From NCBI GenBank assembly GCA_023425865.1, contig JAFABV010000054.1:36337-100336 (forward strand): DNA of 64,000 nucleotides. The letters run 5' to 3'. Source of the stretch: Bacteroidota bacterium (lineage in GTDB: Bacteria > Bacteroidota > Bacteroidia > Bacteroidales > Bacteroidaceae). Under the pieces are notes generated by a model. It did not search any database. It worked only from the letters and a program-made list of their open reading frames with translations, and was not told the origin of the DNA. The position numbers and the translations under genes were made by a program. Numbering within the stretch: the first letter of the stretch is position 1; each line of letters begins with the position of its first letter. Of the stretch, positions 62,259-64,000 are shown piece after piece.

Positions 62259-63683
62259 ATGAAAAATATAATGAAAACATGGGGAATCATCCTTGCGGCG
62301 GGGCTGGCCTTGACGGCATGTTCGCCCGACAAGTTTGACGGGGCCAATGAGAACGGCCTGCCCAATATCTCTGACGTGGACTATACGGTAGCCGTAGACC
62401 AGAAAACCAACGTGGTCACGTTTACCCTCAACACACCCGGATGCTATCCCATCTGGACCATTGAGGGTTCGCCAGAATACAAGGGTACGGTGAACGGATA
62501 CCAAAAACGTTATATCTTTAAGGGTACTTACAAGTACAAACTGAAGGTGGGGAACCGCAATGGCGTGAGCGACGGAGAGATCACAGACTCGTTTACCGTG
62601 GACACCACACGCTACGATTTCTCGAAGACCATTGCTGCCCTGACCGGTGATGGCACCAAGGAGTGGCGTATCTATGCTTCGAAGAAAGGACACTTGGGCT
62701 GCGGACCCACAGGCACCGACGGCCTTGAGTGGTGGTCGGCAGGCCCCAACGAGAAGGCCGACCAAGGTATCTACGACGACCGCCTGACCTTCAGCAACAC
62801 CAACGACTATGTTTACAGTGCCGGTGAAGACGGCAACACGTTTGTCAACGCAGGTATATCAACCCTCGGCGTGACGGGTGCTGGCGGCGACTACAGTGTT
62901 CCGCTGGTAGGCCAGTTTGGTATGCAGGACAAGGGCAAGTATGCCTTGGGTTATGACGATGCCACGAAGACAGAGACCATCACTCTGCCCGCGCACATGC
63001 TCTTCCCCTATATCGCGCACCAAGCACAGATTGATGAGGCCTACACCCTGCGTATACTCTCTATCGACTCTAAGTATATGGAGCTGGCGCTCGACCTGCC
63101 TGGCATCGTGTGGCACTTCTCGCTCATCAACGGTGACGACCCCGCGCCCTCTACCGACTTCGACCCCGACAAGGTGAACTGGGCTGACGCGGCAAGCGAC
63201 CTCAACCTCGCCAAGGGCCTCAACAGCGTGGGCTCGATGGTGTTCTGGTGGGCTAATGCCGATTGGGCACAGCAGGCCGACCCCACCTTCGCGTATGCCG
63301 ATGGTGTCTACAGCATCACCGCACCCTATGCCACCGCCGCCCAGTGGCAGGCCCAGTGCTCGATACACAATGGCGGCGTAGACCTCAAGGCCGGACAGGC
63401 CTATGACATCTCGGTGACCCTCGTGGCCAGCGAGGCCTTCGAGAATGCTACGGTCAAGGTTTGTCAGGAAGACAACGACGACAACACGCTACTCTATGCC
63501 AGTCCCGTGAGTCTGAATAGAGGCGAAAACGTGCTGCGCTTTGCCAAGCGATACGTGAAGAATGAAAAGGTGGGCGACGTGGATGCGAGCAATGCAAAAC
63601 TTGTCATCGACCTCGGCGGATGCCCGGCCGGACTGAACGTGCAGGTGAAGAACACCATCATTCAGGCACACAATCCAAAGTAA
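62259..63683 (+). CDS. SGBP-like surface lipoprotein (PKD/Ig-like N-domain + beta-sandwich domains)
   Basis: 474-aa ORF, lipobox LTAC, positioned immediately after SusD. The binding function is inferred. Confidence 0.7.
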   Translation: MKNIMKTWGIILAAGLALTACSPDKFDGANENGLPNISDVDYTVAVDQKTNVVTFTLNTPGCYPIWTIEGSPEYKGTVNGYQKRYIFKGTYKYKLKVGNRNGVSDGEITDSFTVDTTRYDFSKTIAALTGDGTKEWRIYASKKGHLGCGPTGTDGLEWWSAGPNEKADQGIYDDRLTFSNTNDYVYSAGEDGNTFVNAGISTLGVTGAGGDYSVPLVGQFGMQDKGKYALGYDDATKTETITLPAHMLFPYIAHQAQIDEAYTLRILSIDSKYMELALDLPGIVWHFSLINGDDPAPSTDFDPDKVNWADAASDLNLAKGLNSVGSMVFWWANADWAQQADPTFAYADGVYSITAPYATAAQWQAQCSIHNGGVDLKAGQAYDISVTLVASEAFENATVKVCQEDNDDNTLLYASPVSLNRGENVLRFAKRYVKNEKVGDVDASNAKLVIDLGGCPAGLNVQVKNTIIQAHNPK

Positions 63684-63717
63684 CTGGTTATATTTGATTT
63701 TAGGTTAATATCGTAAG

Positions 63718-63751
63718 GGGGGGCGGGCATCTTACTCCTGCCTCCCTTTTT
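63718..63751 (+). terminator. Rho-independent terminator
   Basis: GGGGGGCGGG-CATCTTACT-CCTGCCTCCC (10-bp stem with two G-U pairs) followed by TTTTT. Confidence 0.6.
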
Positions 63752-63761
63752 GCTATGATTT

Positions 63762-64000
63762 ATGAAACAAAAACTCAATCTCTTTCTAACAGCCTTCTCG
63801 GCCTTCGTCTGTCTGTCGTGCAGTGGCAGCGATGACAATTCTACCACGGGCAATACCGATAATACGTTGACCGTAAGTCCCACGGAGCTACAGGTAAAGG
63901 CTGGCGCCGCCAGCTACCAGGTGGCGGTGACCGCCTCGCGGGGCGAGTGGACCTCGTACAGTGCAGCCGACTGGGTGACGGTGACCAATGCCAATACGAA
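63762..64000 (+). CDS. Lipoprotein, N-terminal fragment with BACON-like domain (continues beyond the window)
   Basis: Own translation: MKQKLNLFLTAFSAFVCLSCSGSDDNSTTGNTDNTLTVSPTELQVKAGAASYQVAVTASRGEWTSYSAADWVTVTNANT. It has the lipobox LSC and the LxVSP…W…S..DWVTV pattern of BACON domains. Confidence 0.7.
   Translation, partial: MKQKLNLFLTAFSAFVCLSCSGSDDNSTTGNTDNTLTVSPTELQVKAGAASYQVAVTASRGEWTSYSAADWVTVTNANT

Noticed and set aside
1-64000. Search by eye for rRNA, tRNA, integrase/transposase/recombinase, toxin-antitoxin, restriction-modification, CRISPR-Cas or other defence genes, and for invertible-promoter-type inverted repeats next to the susC promoters
   Set aside because: Nothing convincing found. 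All sizeable intergenic regions are accounted for by the repeat elements or AT-rich promoter DNA. Absence is based on visual inspection only and should be confirmed with tRNAscan-SE, Infernal and defence-system HMM tools.

Overview
High-GC Bacteroidota chromosomal segment. Assigning it to Prevotellaceae is an inference from SusC/SusD pairs, T9SS C-terminal tails and lipoprotein boxes. It is almost entirely glycan-utilisation loci. I support about 36 CDS. I found no rRNA, tRNA, CRISPR, transposase, integrase or recognisable defence genes. Layout, left to right: (1) The 5' part of a SusC-like transporter (1-2287, minus) lies divergent from a Y_Y_Y/LuxR transmembrane sensor-regulator, followed by an EamA transporter and pncB. 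(2) A long minus-strand mannan/glucomannan operon runs 21032->8382: AXE1/CE7-like esterase, GH26, GH130 mannosylglucose phosphorylase, GPH symporter, AGE-family 2-epimerase, AraC regulator, PA14-GH31, GH2. Its divergent plus-strand arm (22023-35941) encodes SusC, SusD, two IPT-domain SGBP-like lipoproteins, a tiny T9SS-tail protein, a GH26-GH5 fusion, a GH26-like lipoprotein lacking both catalytic Glu, and a SASA-type esterase. (3) An envelope operon (PCMD protein, POTRA-less D15-type barrel, phosphoethanolamine-transferase-like protein) plus a metallophosphoesterase. (4) A beta-1,3-glucan locus. Its minus arm (56898->41989) encodes a CBM-like T9SS protein, GH16 with three novel repeats, a GH128-like enzyme, a CBM/Fn3 T9SS protein, a 60-aa ORF, GH81 with two discoidin domains, and a GH3 lipoprotein. 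Its plus arm (57432-64000) encodes SusC, SusD, an SGBP-like lipoprotein and the start of a BACON-like lipoprotein. Non-genic structure worth attention: a MITE-like ~0.5-kb element with terminal inverted repeats in three copies at locus borders; its core array of 23-bp near-palindromic units, which also occurs alone at 48.7 kb; a 48-nt inverted-repeat element inside the mannan operon built on the same CCAACC-type DNA that encodes the PT linkers of T9SS cargo; and a mirrored AAAAGTGG motif set in the beta-glucan control region. I see no clearly new defence-type or mobile system. The most system-like novelty is the T9SS-coupled beta-1,3-glucan locus with unassigned repeat modules. All functional calls rest on motif recognition by eye, with no database search.
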